From NCBI GenBank assembly GCA_964635905.1, contig CAZWPK010000002.1, positions 141,621-205,620 on the forward strand: 64,000 nt of DNA. Reading direction: 5' to 3'. Shown here piece after piece: positions 29,927 through 39,897 of this stretch (position 1 is its first letter; every line of letters begins with the position of its first letter). The position numbers were made by a program, and so were the translations under genes. The notes below the pieces were generated by a model, which saw only the letters and a list, made by a program, of their open reading frames with translations, searched no databases and was not told the origin of the DNA. The stretch is from an uncultured Pseudomonadales bacterium (GTDB lineage Bacteria; Patescibacteriota; Microgenomatia; UBA1400; UBA12028).

Positions 29927-30859
29927 ATGAGATCCAAGACTCTCTTCGTGTTACTTTGCACCTCTCTCCTCTTCTCTGCCTGTAGTAGATTTACCAAGCA
30001 AGAAGCAGGACTAAAAATCTTGACCAATACTCCTGCTAGCGTGGCACTGGACGGAGAACTCGTCGGTGATACACCCTATCAAAACAGTAATCTAAAAGTA
30101 AAAAAGTATGCAGTCAAGATTTCGCCTGCAGGTTCTAGTCAAGTTCCCTATGAGACCTCAATAAAGCTGCACAAAGGCTATGAAGCCCAAGTGGAATGGA
30201 CGTTTGGGTCTACACCGGAATCAAGTAGCGGGTTTGTCTTTGAATATGAAGATAGTTCCAATGCTTCCGGCGTTGAACTGCAATTAACGGCATCCCCAGA
30301 TAATGTTCCTGTCTCAGTAGATGGGAAAAATGTAGGATTTACTCCCTTACTCTTGGACAACCTCACCGAAGGCTCGCACACGGTAAGTTTGCAAGCTCCC
30401 GGGTTTGAATCCGAGTCCCGCACGGTGATGCTCGTTAAAGGAAAACGCGTACTGATGACTACCAAGTTAGCAAAAGAGGAAAAGCCAGTAACTCCAGTTC
30501 CAGCTCCCGTGGCTTCGGAATCTGCTGACTTAACGGCGACAAAATCTGCAAAAGCGACCAAGACACCTACCCCCAAACCAAGTGCAACACTAGGGGCTAC
30601 AGCCTCAGCGTCTGCAGTTCCAACCGAGGGAGTCAAAAAAACCACGACTGTCAAACCGTATGTAGAAATCTTAGAAACTCCAACCGGGTTTTTACGCGTC
30701 CGTGAAAGTGCTAGCCCCACCGCAGCAGAAGTCTACAAGCTTTCCGTTGGCTCTACGGTTCCCTACTCTAACGCTTCTTCCTCTGGCTGGCTAAAGGTAA
30801 ACTACAATGCCGCACTACAGGGTTGGGTCAGCAGCCAATATGCAACATTGGTGGAATAA
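29927..30859 (+). CDS. Lipoprotein with PEGA domains and C-terminal bacterial SH3 domain
   Basis: Lipobox LLFSAC. PEGA-like LKILTNTPASVALDGELVGDTPY and LQLTASPDNVPVSVDGKNVGFTP. Pro/Thr linker. SH3b-like GFLRVRESAS...GWLKV...GWV. Confidence 0.5.
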   Translation: MRSKTLFVLLCTSLLFSACSRFTKQEAGLKILTNTPASVALDGELVGDTPYQNSNLKVKKYAVKISPAGSSQVPYETSIKLHKGYEAQVEWTFGSTPESSSGFVFEYEDSSNASGVELQLTASPDNVPVSVDGKNVGFTPLLLDNLTEGSHTVSLQAPGFESESRTVMLVKGKRVLMTTKLAKEEKPVTPVPAPVASESADLTATKSAKATKTPTPKPSATLGATASASAVPTEGVKKTTTVKPYVEILETPTGFLRVRESASPTAAEVYKLSVGSTVPYSNASSSGWLKVNYNAALQGWVSSQYATLVE

Positions 30860-30865
30860 TCCGTT

Positions 30866-31867
30866 TCAGTTTTGAAAGACTGGCAGTAATTCGGGTTTAT
30901 GATAGGGAAGATACCAGGTACTTTCCTTGGCCCCATATTTATAAAACCCCACACCCATAATCGCTGGTGACTCTCGAAGAGTAGACAGTTCTTGTTGAAG
31001 CGTTGTTGCCTCAGGAAATACCCAGCCTTCGTGTGTACGCACTCCACCTACACCAATCAGCACTTTCACTGGTTGCTGGTCGCCGGATTGTAAGGTTGCA
31101 ACTTGGGACACTATTTCTGAGAGTGGTTGCGAGCGTTGCACTACCACAATATCGGCAAAGGGAACTGGTAAGTCTTTTAGACTTAGAGGCATGATACTGG
31201 AGTTTGATGCATCGATGGGCTGCTGGAGTGAAACAAGCACGGGATGTGTAGGATCAATCGCTTTCACCGATGCGTACGCAACTTCAAGTTGTAAAGACTT
31301 ATCTAGACTGGCAGCCTGGCTTGCGGTGTACACCAATTGTGGATCTGTTGTGTCCCAGGCGATCACTGCGGGGTGCGATTTCCATTGTTGTACCCAGCTG
31401 ACAACCGACTGCGTCGCTGCTGTCTCCCCTTGTGCTTCACTCTGCTGCACAAGGTTGGCACACTCCGTGGAGCCTTCCGACGTACGAATTTGGGCTGGCA
31501 AGATCACTCCCATACGAACACTTGCACTTTCATCCAATAAATACTTCACATCTTCGTCACGTGCACAGCTATCAAAGTCACCTTCAATGGCGGTTACCCC
31601 AATGGATCGTAAATACTCGAAATCTTGTCTGGATAATCCAAAATGTTCCAATGACGCATCACCGACATGAAAGAACACAGTCTTAAACGCATGAACGCGA
31701 ACATACGAAGCCGACACCGTTGATTGCGGATTCACGACTACCAAATCGGTTGTTAGCGCTAAGGGTTGTGAAGGTAGCTCCAACGTTGAGGGTCGGGGTG
31801 CCCCCAGTGTTAACCAGAATGAAAGTAGGATGGCAAGAAAGAACGAGACTAATTTTGCCATGTGCAC
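30866..31867 (-). CDS. Hypothetical secreted protein (possible TIM-barrel glycosidase-like)
   Basis: Signal peptide MAKLVSFFLAILLSFWLTLGA. No firm motif. Confidence 0.3.
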   Translation of the reverse strand: MHMAKLVSFFLAILLSFWLTLGAPRPSTLELPSQPLALTTDLVVVNPQSTVSASYVRVHAFKTVFFHVGDASLEHFGLSRQDFEYLRSIGVTAIEGDFDSCARDEDVKYLLDESASVRMGVILPAQIRTSEGSTECANLVQQSEAQGETAATQSVVSWVQQWKSHPAVIAWDTTDPQLVYTASQAASLDKSLQLEVAYASVKAIDPTHPVLVSLQQPIDASNSSIMPLSLKDLPVPFADIVVVQRSQPLSEIVSQVATLQSGDQQPVKVLIGVGGVRTHEGWVFPEATTLQQELSTLRESPAIMGVGFYKYGAKESTWYLPYHKPELLPVFQN

Positions 31868-31896
31868 ACACTCCTATGGACTGTAGACCGCAAAGT

Positions 31897-34392
31897 TTAC
31901 GGCTTCAATCCAAATCGGACATTGTCGAGGTACAGTGTAAAGCCACTGTTCTCCAGAATGTAGTATTGCAGGCGAACCTTTGTCACTGCAGTACTGGATG
32001 GTGTATAGGTAAATTCAACCATTCCGTTGGTTGGCTGAAAGATGGCACCTTTCCATTGGCCGGAAACCCAGTCACCATTGGCGTTGTACTCATCAATATA
32101 GAAGCCAAATTCTCCAGTTGCCTGGGTGGTCTTCACATCTTGACGCCAAACATAGGTTGATTGATTGACCGCAATTAAATCACTGAAGAGATGCGCTCGA
32201 TAGGTTTGAGGGACGATGTGTAAGCTGTGTGTTCCCGCGGTGCCATTGGAGCTCGTATCCAATCCAAAAGCTACCATTAAGTCACTCACCCAGTTTGCAA
32301 CCCAGTTCGAACTTTCAATTTCAAAACTTGGATTCAGTACGAGGTTGACTGGCTCCGCACCCGGTGTTGGTGTGGGAGTCGGGGTAACCACTGGGGTTGC
32401 TGTTGGAGTTGGTGTCACTACAGGTGTCGCTGTTGGCGTCGGGGTAGGTGTGACCTCTGGCGTTGCAGTAGGCGTTGGCGTCGGGGTTGGTGTTGGAGTA
32501 ACCTCGGGTGTTGCACTCGGTGTCGGCGTTGGGGTAGCCGTTGGAGTTGCGGTTGGAGTCGCACTCGGAGTTGCAGTCGGGGTTGGGGTTACCAATACCG
32601 TTGAGGTGAATCGAATATTATCCATCAACAGGTTGAACACACTGTTTTCTAGGATGTAATACTGTAATCCAATCGTAATCACCGAAGCACTGGATGGGGT
32701 GTAGGAAATTTCCCAGGTTCCATTAAATGGTTGGAATACAGCTCCTTTCCATTGACCAGAAATCCAATCACCAGCGGCGTTGTATTCATCGATATAGAAC
32801 CCAAATTCACCCGTAGCTTGTGTGGTAGAGATATCTTGTTTCCAAGTATACGTTTGCATGGTCACTGGGATTTTTGCACTAAAGAGATGAGCACGGACTG
32901 CTTGCGGAATGACTTGGACACTATTGGTTCCATCCGTTCCCTGACTTGCAGTATTAAGCAAGAATGCAGTATCTAAACTTCGTGTCCAGTTGGCTGCAAA
33001 GTTACTTGCGACTGTCTCAAAACTTGGATTGAGTGCCAAGTTGGCAGAGTCTGTTGCAATCGGAGTTGCAGTAGGCGTTGGCGTCGGGATTGGCGTAGGT
33101 ATTGCCGTTGGAGTTGGCGTTGGTGTTGGGGTTGCAGTCGGAACCGGTGTACTCGTTGGCGCCGAGAGATTGTAGAGATTTTGGTTATCGGTGAAAACGG
33201 TACCCACAGCTCCTGCAGTTAGATAGGACTGTAGACTAAAGCGAGCAACCAAATTCGACGTTGCGCGAATCACTTTTTGGAAGAATCCAACTGTGTTGTT
33301 TGCAACTTTTCCAAGCCATTGGCCAGAAATCCAGTTGTTATTTGTGTCATATTCATCAAGATAAAAACCGAACTCTCCTGCGGTGAGTCCTGTCGTATTT
33401 GCGAATGCATCAACGAGATAATCAGAACTGGTACTCGCATCAATAGGATTAGAAAACAGATGGGATGCTGTAGCGGATCCTGTCATTTTTACGGCAGATG
33501 TCGGGTTGGGGAAATTACCATTGGAATTGGTATCCAACGTCACTTGTGGTGCATTTCCGACCGTCCAGCCTACGGTTAATCCTTGCTCGAATCCAGAGTT
33601 TGTCGTTAACGACGGACTATAGACATGAGTTTGATCTGCGACTCGGGTAACCTCAACTCCAGAAGCCAAGGCATAATCCGCAATTGCTCCTAAGTCCGCA
33701 CTAGTAGTGGTGTATTCATAGTTGGGGTTTAAAGTTGGGGCGACATGGTGGAACACCAAAATTAGCCATTGATTGTTTGCTTTAGCTGTATCGATGTATC
33801 CTTTTACTTGTGTCACTGTGGTATCAGAGTTCACTTGTTGCACTTTAAGCACAGCTTTTGTGCGTGGATATGTCTCATATCCCAAATCAGCGAAACCTCT
33901 ATGTGATTCGTAATATTTAAGCACTTGAATCAACACTTGGTTGTTATAGGCACCAAAGGGAGAAGCAAAGTTGGTGACATTGAGGTCGTGTGCTTGAAAG
34001 TCAGCACTAGACGAGGCGAGTTGCGCTTGCACTTGCGCAGTAGTCAGTGTGGGAAGTTCAAGATGGGTCGCAGTGTGACCACCGATTTCCCAGCCATAGG
34101 TATTTTGCAAACTTTGAACTTGTGCCCAGGACATTGCGGGAAGATTGTCATCATCCGTCACTCCTGTGTTGATAAATCCAGAGCTTACATAGACAGTAGC
34201 CTTGACGTTTCGTGCGGATAAGACGGGGAGTGCGTGGGTATAGGTCGAAAGAAATCCATCATCAAAAGTGAATGAAACTTTAGCACCTCCTGTGGAGGTT
34301 TGAGCATGAACTGGAATGCTTTGCTGTAATGCAAAGACTGTTAAACCAGCCACAATGAAAAAAACGGAGACAATTTTGTTAATAAGTTTCAT
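31897..34392 (-). CDS. Secreted polysaccharide deacetylase (NodB/CE4) with three tandem ~145-aa putative carbohydrate-binding modules
   Basis: Signal peptide. NodB motifs [18 protein letters not shown], and LILVFHHV. Three repeats each contain [15 protein letters not shown](V/I)SGQWKG...YY(I/L)ENS. Repeats are separated by TPTPTATP linkers. Confidence 0.7.
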   Translation of the reverse strand: MKLINKIVSVFFIVAGLTVFALQQSIPVHAQTSTGGAKVSFTFDDGFLSTYTHALPVLSARNVKATVYVSSGFINTGVTDDDNLPAMSWAQVQSLQNTYGWEIGGHTATHLELPTLTTAQVQAQLASSSADFQAHDLNVTNFASPFGAYNNQVLIQVLKYYESHRGFADLGYETYPRTKAVLKVQQVNSDTTVTQVKGYIDTAKANNQWLILVFHHVAPTLNPNYEYTTTSADLGAIADYALASGVEVTRVADQTHVYSPSLTTNSGFEQGLTVGWTVGNAPQVTLDTNSNGNFPNPTSAVKMTGSATASHLFSNPIDASTSSDYLVDAFANTTGLTAGEFGFYLDEYDTNNNWISGQWLGKVANNTVGFFQKVIRATSNLVARFSLQSYLTAGAVGTVFTDNQNLYNLSAPTSTPVPTATPTPTPTPTAIPTPIPTPTPTATPIATDSANLALNPSFETVASNFAANWTRSLDTAFLLNTASQGTDGTNSVQVIPQAVRAHLFSAKIPVTMQTYTWKQDISTTQATGEFGFYIDEYNAAGDWISGQWKGAVFQPFNGTWEISYTPSSASVITIGLQYYILENSVFNLLMDNIRFTSTVLVTPTPTATPSATPTATPTATPTPTPSATPEVTPTPTPTPTPTATPEVTPTPTPTATPVVTPTPTATPVVTPTPTPTPGAEPVNLVLNPSFEIESSNWVANWVSDLMVAFGLDTSSNGTAGTHSLHIVPQTYRAHLFSDLIAVNQSTYVWRQDVKTTQATGEFGFYIDEYNANGDWVSGQWKGAIFQPTNGMVEFTYTPSSTAVTKVRLQYYILENSGFTLYLDNVRFGLKP
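31900..33600 (-). repeat. Triplicated ~435-nt coding module (A: ~33180-33600; B: ~32600-33042; C: ~31900-32325) separated by Pro/Thr-linker low-complexity DNA (32325-32600 and 33042-33180)
   Basis: Protein-level repeats are evident in the translation. The linker DNA is a GGTGTTGG/GGAGTTGG periodic tract. Confidence 0.7.
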
Positions 34393-35029
34393 AGCAATTT
34401 GTGGTCAATGATAGTAATTTAGCTCGTAGCGTATAGCTTTTTTGATATAACGTCTTCCCTGTAGACACAAGTGTCAGAGTGGGAGTCTCACTGGTAGCGA
34501 ATAATACACTAGTTTGCACCGTTCGTACAGCGAGCTCTGAAACTGCATAGGTCGCGGTGTAGTCTTTGGAGGACAGAATAATGGTATCGTTAAGTTTCAA
34601 TTTTCGGATTGGACCGAGTACAGCTTCAGAGTCTGTCCCATAGATCCCGACGTTCCCTCGTTTGTCGTGAATCTTGTGTGTTTGCAGGGAGTAGATTGCA
34701 GAACTGGTCGCAATTGGAGCATTCACATCATGCGTTGGAACAGAGGTCACGGACAGGGTTTTAGAAACTGCAGGAATCGACATGTTGGTCGGTACAAATC
34801 CCCCGGAGGTCAGTGCAACGGCCGAAGGTGTGCAGGAAATCGCGGGAGCGGGAGTAGACAGAGCAACTCGTCCATTTCGAGCCGAGATAGTCACGTTTTG
34901 TCCCAACTCAACGATGCCTTTTAACAGCATGATGATGGGAATAATTGAAATCACAATCAAGATAATTGACGAGGGATCAACCGTTGATTTTGGAGCTGGA
35001 ACTGGAAGCTGTGTAGTCTCTTTTTTCAT
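34379..35029 (-). CDS. Sortase-fold paralog lacking catalytic His and Cys (predicted inactive pseudo-sortase), N-terminal membrane anchor
   Basis: Aligns with the sortase at 41567: GNVGIYGT versus GNIILYGH; LNDTIIL versus VNDIIIV; PTLTLVSTG versus EVLTVYTCTG. The Ser codon TCT was confirmed on the DNA. Type-II TM anchor. Overlaps the deacetylase start by 14 nt. Confidence 0.5.
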   Translation of the reverse strand: MKKETTQLPVPAPKSTVDPSSIILIVISIIPIIMLLKGIVELGQNVTISARNGRVALSTPAPAISCTPSAVALTSGGFVPTNMSIPAVSKTLSVTSVPTHDVNAPIATSSAIYSLQTHKIHDKRGNVGIYGTDSEAVLGPIRKLKLNDTIILSSKDYTATYAVSELAVRTVQTSVLFATSETPTLTLVSTGKTLYQKSYTLRAKLLSLTTNCYETY

Positions 35030-35182
35030 GCTATTTGTTAAATAAATATCGGAAGAAATACGAGGTAATCAACCCTAAGTTGATCAAGGTAATGACCAAA
35101 AATCCCATCAGAATAGCCGGATGTGCATGTCCTGCAACCAAGATGGTTGCAAACCCTAAAAATCCACCGCGGACGTAACTGT

Positions 35183-36499
35183 TCATAGTTCTCCTTTTTG
35201 AGCCCGAGTACCCCAGTGTTCTACATATCCGACTCGTGCAAATCCTTTCAAGCCTGCCTGGTATGGTCTGTGCAATACTGTGAAAGGGCGGATAAGATAG
35301 CGTACTGCAACGTTATACAGCAAGTAGATATAGCAACCTAAGAGCACCATGGTAATCACGTTGCTATACAGTAACTCTGGGAGGATCGTTAATCGCAAAA
35401 TCCAATCCTTTTTGTCACGGTCTTCATAAAAAAACATGGTTACTAGGCCAAAAACGTAGGAAAACAAGAATTGAAGCAAAGATAAAAACACGATAACCTG
35501 AACCCAGACACTTTGCATGGATTCCGGTTGATAGAAGACCAAGGAAATAATGATCAACGAGAGTAACGTGGTAAAGGTGGTATGACCAATCAAATCCTGA
35601 AGAATAGCGGGTAAAAATCCGATATGGTCCTTGACTACGATAATACCCCAGTAACCCCAGCGGACGCGTTGTTTCCACAGTGATGCTAAATTCTCTGGCA
35701 CATCGGTCCAGGCTTGTGCATCCTTGGCAATTGCTACTTTCCATCCTGCGCGCTTTACTCTCGCGGTAATGTCATAGTCTTCAATTAAATGGTGCAATGC
35801 AAATCCATTCACCTTGGCTAGGGTTTCGGAACGAAACGCAGTCAACATTCCTTGCATCACCAGCGGTCCATGCATAAAATTGTTATCCGCAATTTTTGTG
35901 ATGGTAAATCCAAAGTATTCCAACCCTTGTAAACGGGTCAGAATATTCTTGTGTTTATTTTTAACTAGGGATCGTGAACAGACAGCCCCGATATCATCCT
36001 TTGAAAACAGTGTTTCTACCATTTGGGGCAAGGTATGCTGATTGATGCCGATATCGTCATCACAAGTTAATATGACGTCAGGAATGCGCTTCCAGGAAAG
36101 CACGTGGTCTATTCCTAGATTTAAAGCACCGGATTTATGACTGTTTTGGATTGTGCGTAAGCAGGTAATTTGTGCACTCTTCGCAGCGCGAAATTCAATT
36201 TGTGTAAATATCTTATGTTCTTTGGTGCGTTTGGGGATACTGTCATTAATGACAATAACTTTGACCGACGGGTAGTGTGTTGACAACGTATCAAGCAAAT
36301 CAAGCGTTGTTTTCCCAGGCTTGTAGGTTGGGATGATAATCGCAATATGCTTTTTAAAAAAAATGTGGTCTGCGGACAGGGCAGCTGATTTGTGATGGGT
36401 AACTTGTCTCATAACGTAGTACGGTAGATGATTCACTCTTACTATTACCAACTTTCTTAAGCTTATAATAGCGAGGGTCAATAGTCTTATAATTGTCAA
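35183..36499 (-). CDS. Processive family-2 glycosyltransferase (QxxRW, cellulose/chitin/NodC-like synthase) with C-terminal TM helices
   Basis: IIPTYKP, DDDIG (DxD), QRVRWGYWG (QxxRW), and 4 C-terminal TMs. The true start is probably the MRQVTHH Met at about 36412. Confidence 0.65.
   Translation of the reverse strand: MTIIRLLTLAIISLRKLVIVRVNHLPYYVMRQVTHHKSAALSADHIFFKKHIAIIIPTYKPGKTTLDLLDTLSTHYPSVKVIVINDSIPKRTKEHKIFTQIEFRAAKSAQITCLRTIQNSHKSGALNLGIDHVLSWKRIPDVILTCDDDIGINQHTLPQMVETLFSKDDIGAVCSRSLVKNKHKNILTRLQGLEYFGFTITKIADNNFMHGPLVMQGMLTAFRSETLAKVNGFALHHLIEDYDITARVKRAGWKVAIAKDAQAWTDVPENLASLWKQRVRWGYWGIIVVKDHIGFLPAILQDLIGHTTFTTLLSLIIISLVFYQPESMQSVWVQVIVFLSLLQFLFSYVFGLVTMFFYEDRDKKDWILRLTILPELLYSNVITMVLLGCYIYLLYNVAVRYLIRPFTVLHRPYQAGLKGFARVGYVEHWGTRAQKGEL
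36485..36496 (+). promoter_or_regulatory. Extended -10-like element gtcTTATAATtg (copy 1)
   Basis: Identical 12-mer is repeated at 36839-36850, just upstream of galE. Confidence 0.3.
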
Positions 36500-36838
36500 G
36501 GGTGATTATATCAGGAACGTTGAATATTTCAACCTTTGATTTTACTTACATCTCCTTAAGCTTGATTTGAAATACCAGATCTAGCCAGTTCAAGCAATTG
36601 CTCTTGCCATAGTATAGACAATTGGTGCGATTTGAAAAGAATGACTTTTTGTCGCAACTACACTCGAGAACAATGCGACAATGTGTCATTGCTGAACCAC
36701 GCTAAGTTCTATTTACCCTTTACATCCTACTTTTTTAAATCTTTAGAATACACAGAACTCGGTATTAGGAATGTAACACTATCATTTATAAGCTCGTTAC
36801 CCACTATCCCTTATGAGTGTTTTTTGAGGCTTTCAAGT

Positions 36839-36850
36839 GTCTTATAATTG
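36839..36850 (+). promoter_or_regulatory. Putative galE promoter -10 (gtcTTATAATtg, copy 2)
   Basis: TATAAT lies ~50 nt upstream of the galE ATG at 36903. Confidence 0.4.
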
Positions 36851-36902
36851 ACAAATAACCGCAGAATAGATCTTACGTCGGGATCCTGTATACTATCACT
36901 CT

Positions 36903-37874
36903 ATGATCATGGTTATTGGGGGTGCAGGGTACATCGGTTCCCATGTGGTATTACAGTTAGCCTCGAAGTCCGACACGGTCGTGGTTGTCGATAACCTTTC
37001 GACTGGATCTAAAGAGGCTCTCCAGCATCAAGAGACGCTGGAAGTAGTTGATCTCTCCGATACTCAAGCTTTGGAACACGTCTTTACTACCTATAAACCG
37101 GAAACGGTTCTTCATTTTGCAGCCAGTCTAGATGTAGGTGAATCCGTACAAAATCCTATCAAGTACTACCAAAATAATACAATGAATACGTTGCGCATTC
37201 TCGATCACTGTGTGCGCCATAATGTCAAAAACCTCATCTTCTCCAGTACGGCTGCAGTCTACGGTTCTACTGGTAATACGCCGGTAAAAGAAACAGATCC
37301 CACCAGTCCTCTTAGTCCGTATGGATGGTCAAAACTCATGAGTGAGCGCATGATCATGGACTCAGCAGCCGCCAGTAGTCTTCGCTATGCTATTTTGCGC
37401 TACTTTAATGTTGCCGGGGCTGATCCAATGGGATGCATTGGACAACGCAGTCCGAAAGCACATCACTTGATTAAAGTATGTCTGGAAGTTGCACTTGGAA
37501 AACGCGATCATGTTGATGTGTATGGAACTGATTATGACACCAAGGATGGGACTGGGGTACGCGATTACATTCATGTGATGGATCTTGCCTCCGCTCATAT
37601 CTCTGCCCTTCAGTTTTTGAGAAGTGGAAAAAAGTCTAATCTCTTCAATGTGGGATACGGCTGTGGGTATAGCGTTCGACAAATCATTCAAACTGTTGAA
37701 AAAGTCACAGGAAAAACGATTGCAGTACGAGAATGTCCCCGACGATCTGGAGACAGTGGTCAGACCATTGCTGATAGCAGTAAATTGAAAGCTTCAACAG
37801 ACTGGACACCAGAATATGCAGATATCGAACAAATCATTGCATCCGCATGGAACTGGGAACAAAAACTACTCTAA
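36903..37874 (+). CDS. galE: UDP-glucose 4-epimerase
   Basis: GGAGYIGSH Rossmann motif, catalytic YGWSKL (YxxxK), and conserved NVGYG...S. Confidence 0.85.
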   Translation: MIMVIGGAGYIGSHVVLQLASKSDTVVVVDNLSTGSKEALQHQETLEVVDLSDTQALEHVFTTYKPETVLHFAASLDVGESVQNPIKYYQNNTMNTLRILDHCVRHNVKNLIFSSTAAVYGSTGNTPVKETDPTSPLSPYGWSKLMSERMIMDSAAASSLRYAILRYFNVAGADPMGCIGQRSPKAHHLIKVCLEVALGKRDHVDVYGTDYDTKDGTGVRDYIHVMDLASAHISALQFLRSGKKSNLFNVGYGCGYSVRQIIQTVEKVTGKTIAVRECPRRSGDSGQTIADSSKLKASTDWTPEYADIEQIIASAWNWEQKLL

Positions 37875-37895
37875 TTTCTGAAAAACTATTTCAAA

Positions 37896-38666
37896 CTACA
37901 CTTTATGCACAACGCGCGATGGGGCGGCAGTGCTGGTCTGGTTATACGCTTCTAACTGTTCTTTTGTGTTAATGCCGGTACCGACCAGATCAAAAGGAAT
38001 TTCGTGTGCAACAACTTTTCTTCCTTGCTCATTGGCGATGTGAATAAAATCTGTCAGATAATATTCTTGAGTTACAGATGATTTTTTCAGTTTTCTCCAA
38101 TTTTTCTTCAAAAACTCAAAGTCAAAACAGTAAAATCCAGCATTAATCTCTTTAATCTTGCGCTGTTCATCGGATGCATCTTTTTGCTCAATAATGAAAT
38201 CTACGTCACCGTTCGCTTTGCGGACGATTCGACCAAATGCTTCTTTATTTGGCTCTTGAACAGTTGCTGTAATCAGAGTGACAGCTGCATTGTTGGCTAC
38301 ATGAGTCGTTCGCATCTGCTCAATCGTTTCTGGGGTATAAGACATCATGTGGTCTCCATATCCTAAAAAGACAGTCGTTGGATGAATATCTGACTTTAAT
38401 AGATTTCGCATCACCACTTGAAGAGCATGACCTGTTCCAAGTCTCTTTCGTTGATGAACGTAGATAACCTGAGGGTCATTAATGACGGCTTTCACACTTT
38501 GAGAAAAAGCGCCTACCACAACAAATGTGTGATCCACTGTACGCTGGAAAAGTTCGACTCCATACACTACGAGAGGCTTACCCTGTAATTTGAGTGAAGT
38601 CTTGTTTTGTTCTTTGCATTTTAACCGAGATCCTTTCCCGGCCGCTAAGATGATTCCAATGTCCAT
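37896..38666 (-). CDS. Sugar-1-phosphate nucleotidyltransferase (GlmU N-terminal uridyltransferase-domain-like, no acetyltransferase domain)
   Basis: ILAAGKGSRL, QEYYLTDFIHIA (GlmU QGEYYLTD), and an NTP-transferase fold. 256 aa. Confidence 0.6.
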   Translation of the reverse strand: MDIGIILAAGKGSRLKCKEQNKTSLKLQGKPLVVYGVELFQRTVDHTFVVVGAFSQSVKAVINDPQVIYVHQRKRLGTGHALQVVMRNLLKSDIHPTTVFLGYGDHMMSYTPETIEQMRTTHVANNAAVTLITATVQEPNKEAFGRIVRKANGDVDFIIEQKDASDEQRKIKEINAGFYCFDFEFLKKNWRKLKKSSVTQEYYLTDFIHIANEQGRKVVAHEIPFDLVGTGINTKEQLEAYNQTSTAAPSRVVHKV

Positions 38667-38766
38667 ATCGTTACTCTTTTCTCTTATAGGCTTTATCTAC
38701 TTGGTGCGTATGATAAAATACGATTCAGAGATTATATCTCATATTAATCTTTTTTCAATAAAGATT

Positions 38767-39897
38767 ATGATGCATAGCCAAGAATCACCATATTCTTTCT
38801 TAGCCCCTCCGGGAAGACTTTCTGTGTTCACCAAACAAGCTGGATTTGTAAACTCACAGCCAAGAATCTCTGTTGCAGAGGCCGTTGCACGACAAAATAC
38901 TCCGAATTATTTACTAGAGCACTTCTTTGGCCGAAGAACTCAAATTCTTCAATTGATTCCCAAAGGTAGTGCGGGGGATGTCTGCATTATGGTGCCTACT
39001 AGTCCTTACACCGAAGGAACCTCGATGGTGGTTGCATCGGACCACAATATCCCGCCCGACCCAGACACAAAGAAGCTTATTCCAGCTCGGAAAATCTATG
39101 ATTATCCGAATCGCCTTCAGGAAACCTACTGGGCATCAATCTTGAGCTCACTGCGCTACTACCAACAACACAGTGAGGCACTTTTTCCATCAGAGCCGAA
39201 CAGTCAAGGCGGGAAAGTCATTGCAATCGAAAATTCGATGTCAGCAATTTCTAGCCTTCGGTATCGTACCCCACGCTCCATTGCAATACCGCACACGCAT
39301 ATTGTTCCTATTAATTATGCTCAGATTCAACCAGCCGAGAACAATAGTTGGCATTTACGTTTAGAACAACGAATTTTCCGGATGCTATCGCATTCAGAAT
39401 ATCCTCCGGATCAGCAGGTCTGGGATCTTCTGTCACCTGAAATTCAACAATTATTTTCTAGTAAGATGGAACCGCACCTCCTTCCTCCTTATGGATATGC
39501 TTTTTCCCTACCTGCAGATATATCCACAGCAAACTTTACCAGACTAATGTTCGCACATAATCAAGCGTATTGCAGTGTAAACACAAAACTCCTTGAACAA
39601 TTCTCCTTCTACAAAAAGAGAGACGATGATCCTGTATTCTATTATTATTATCGAGAACCAAATAAACAGCCGACGTATATGCCGCCAGAATCTTACCGAG
39701 TTTATATTGAACGTCAACAAGATTCGATCGTTGTACGTATCTCTCCGGCTTTTATCTCACACGCAGGAGTAATGGAAAGTATGGGGATTGAACTGCATCG
39801 AAGCCCTGATAATCCCAGAATGCTTTCCGAGCAACAAGTTGATCAGTTTCTAGATGGTTTTAGAATTTCATTAAATGGAAAGTTCATGCGGGATTAA
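38767..39897 (+). CDS. Divergent HIT-superfamily nucleotidyltransferase, GalT-like (galactose-1-phosphate uridylyltransferase-like)
   Basis: VIAIENS...PRSIAIPHTHIVPI resembles GalT FENKG...HPHGQI. Start is uncertain; the ORF-track start at 38590 overlaps the upstream gene. Confidence 0.3.
   Translation: MMHSQESPYSFLAPPGRLSVFTKQAGFVNSQPRISVAEAVARQNTPNYLLEHFFGRRTQILQLIPKGSAGDVCIMVPTSPYTEGTSMVVASDHNIPPDPDTKKLIPARKIYDYPNRLQETYWASILSSLRYYQQHSEALFPSEPNSQGGKVIAIENSMSAISSLRYRTPRSIAIPHTHIVPINYAQIQPAENNSWHLRLEQRIFRMLSHSEYPPDQQVWDLLSPEIQQLFSSKMEPHLLPPYGYAFSLPADISTANFTRLMFAHNQAYCSVNTKLLEQFSFYKKRDDDPVFYYYYREPNKQPTYMPPESYRVYIERQQDSIVVRISPAFISHAGVMESMGIELHRSPDNPRMLSEQQVDQFLDGFRISLNGKFMRD

Noticed and set aside
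26558-29930. Searched for a direct repeat of the tRNA-Cys 3' end (att site) and an integrase to define the islet as an integrative element
   Set aside because: No copy of ttcaaatcccgcccgcgcc or a partial copy was seen downstream, and no integrase/recombinase ORF is present. The islet call therefore rests only on composition and gene content.
30178-30720. 180-aa antisense ORF inside the PEGA/SH3 lipoprotein gene. Similar long antisense ORFs occur at 32216-32659, 32990-33175, 19625-19927, 51756-52022 and 52316-52636.
   Set aside because: All lie opposite low-complexity PT/GV-encoding tracts or within well-supported genes. They translate to low-complexity GVGV/HPQQ strings typical of spurious shadow ORFs.
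32325-33180. Periodic GGTGTTGG/GGAGTTGG tracts resembling a CRISPR array or minisatellite
   Set aside because: They lie inside a long ORF and encode the TPTPTATP linkers of the deacetylase. Periodicity is 6-12 nt with no spacer/repeat structure and no cas genes.
34460-34465. Possibility that the missing sortase Cys in the 34379-35029 protein is a sequencing artefact
   Set aside because: Codons read on the minus strand are GTG-TCT-ACA (V-S-T), two substitutions away from Cys. The His position is also substituted (YGT), so the loss looks genuine.
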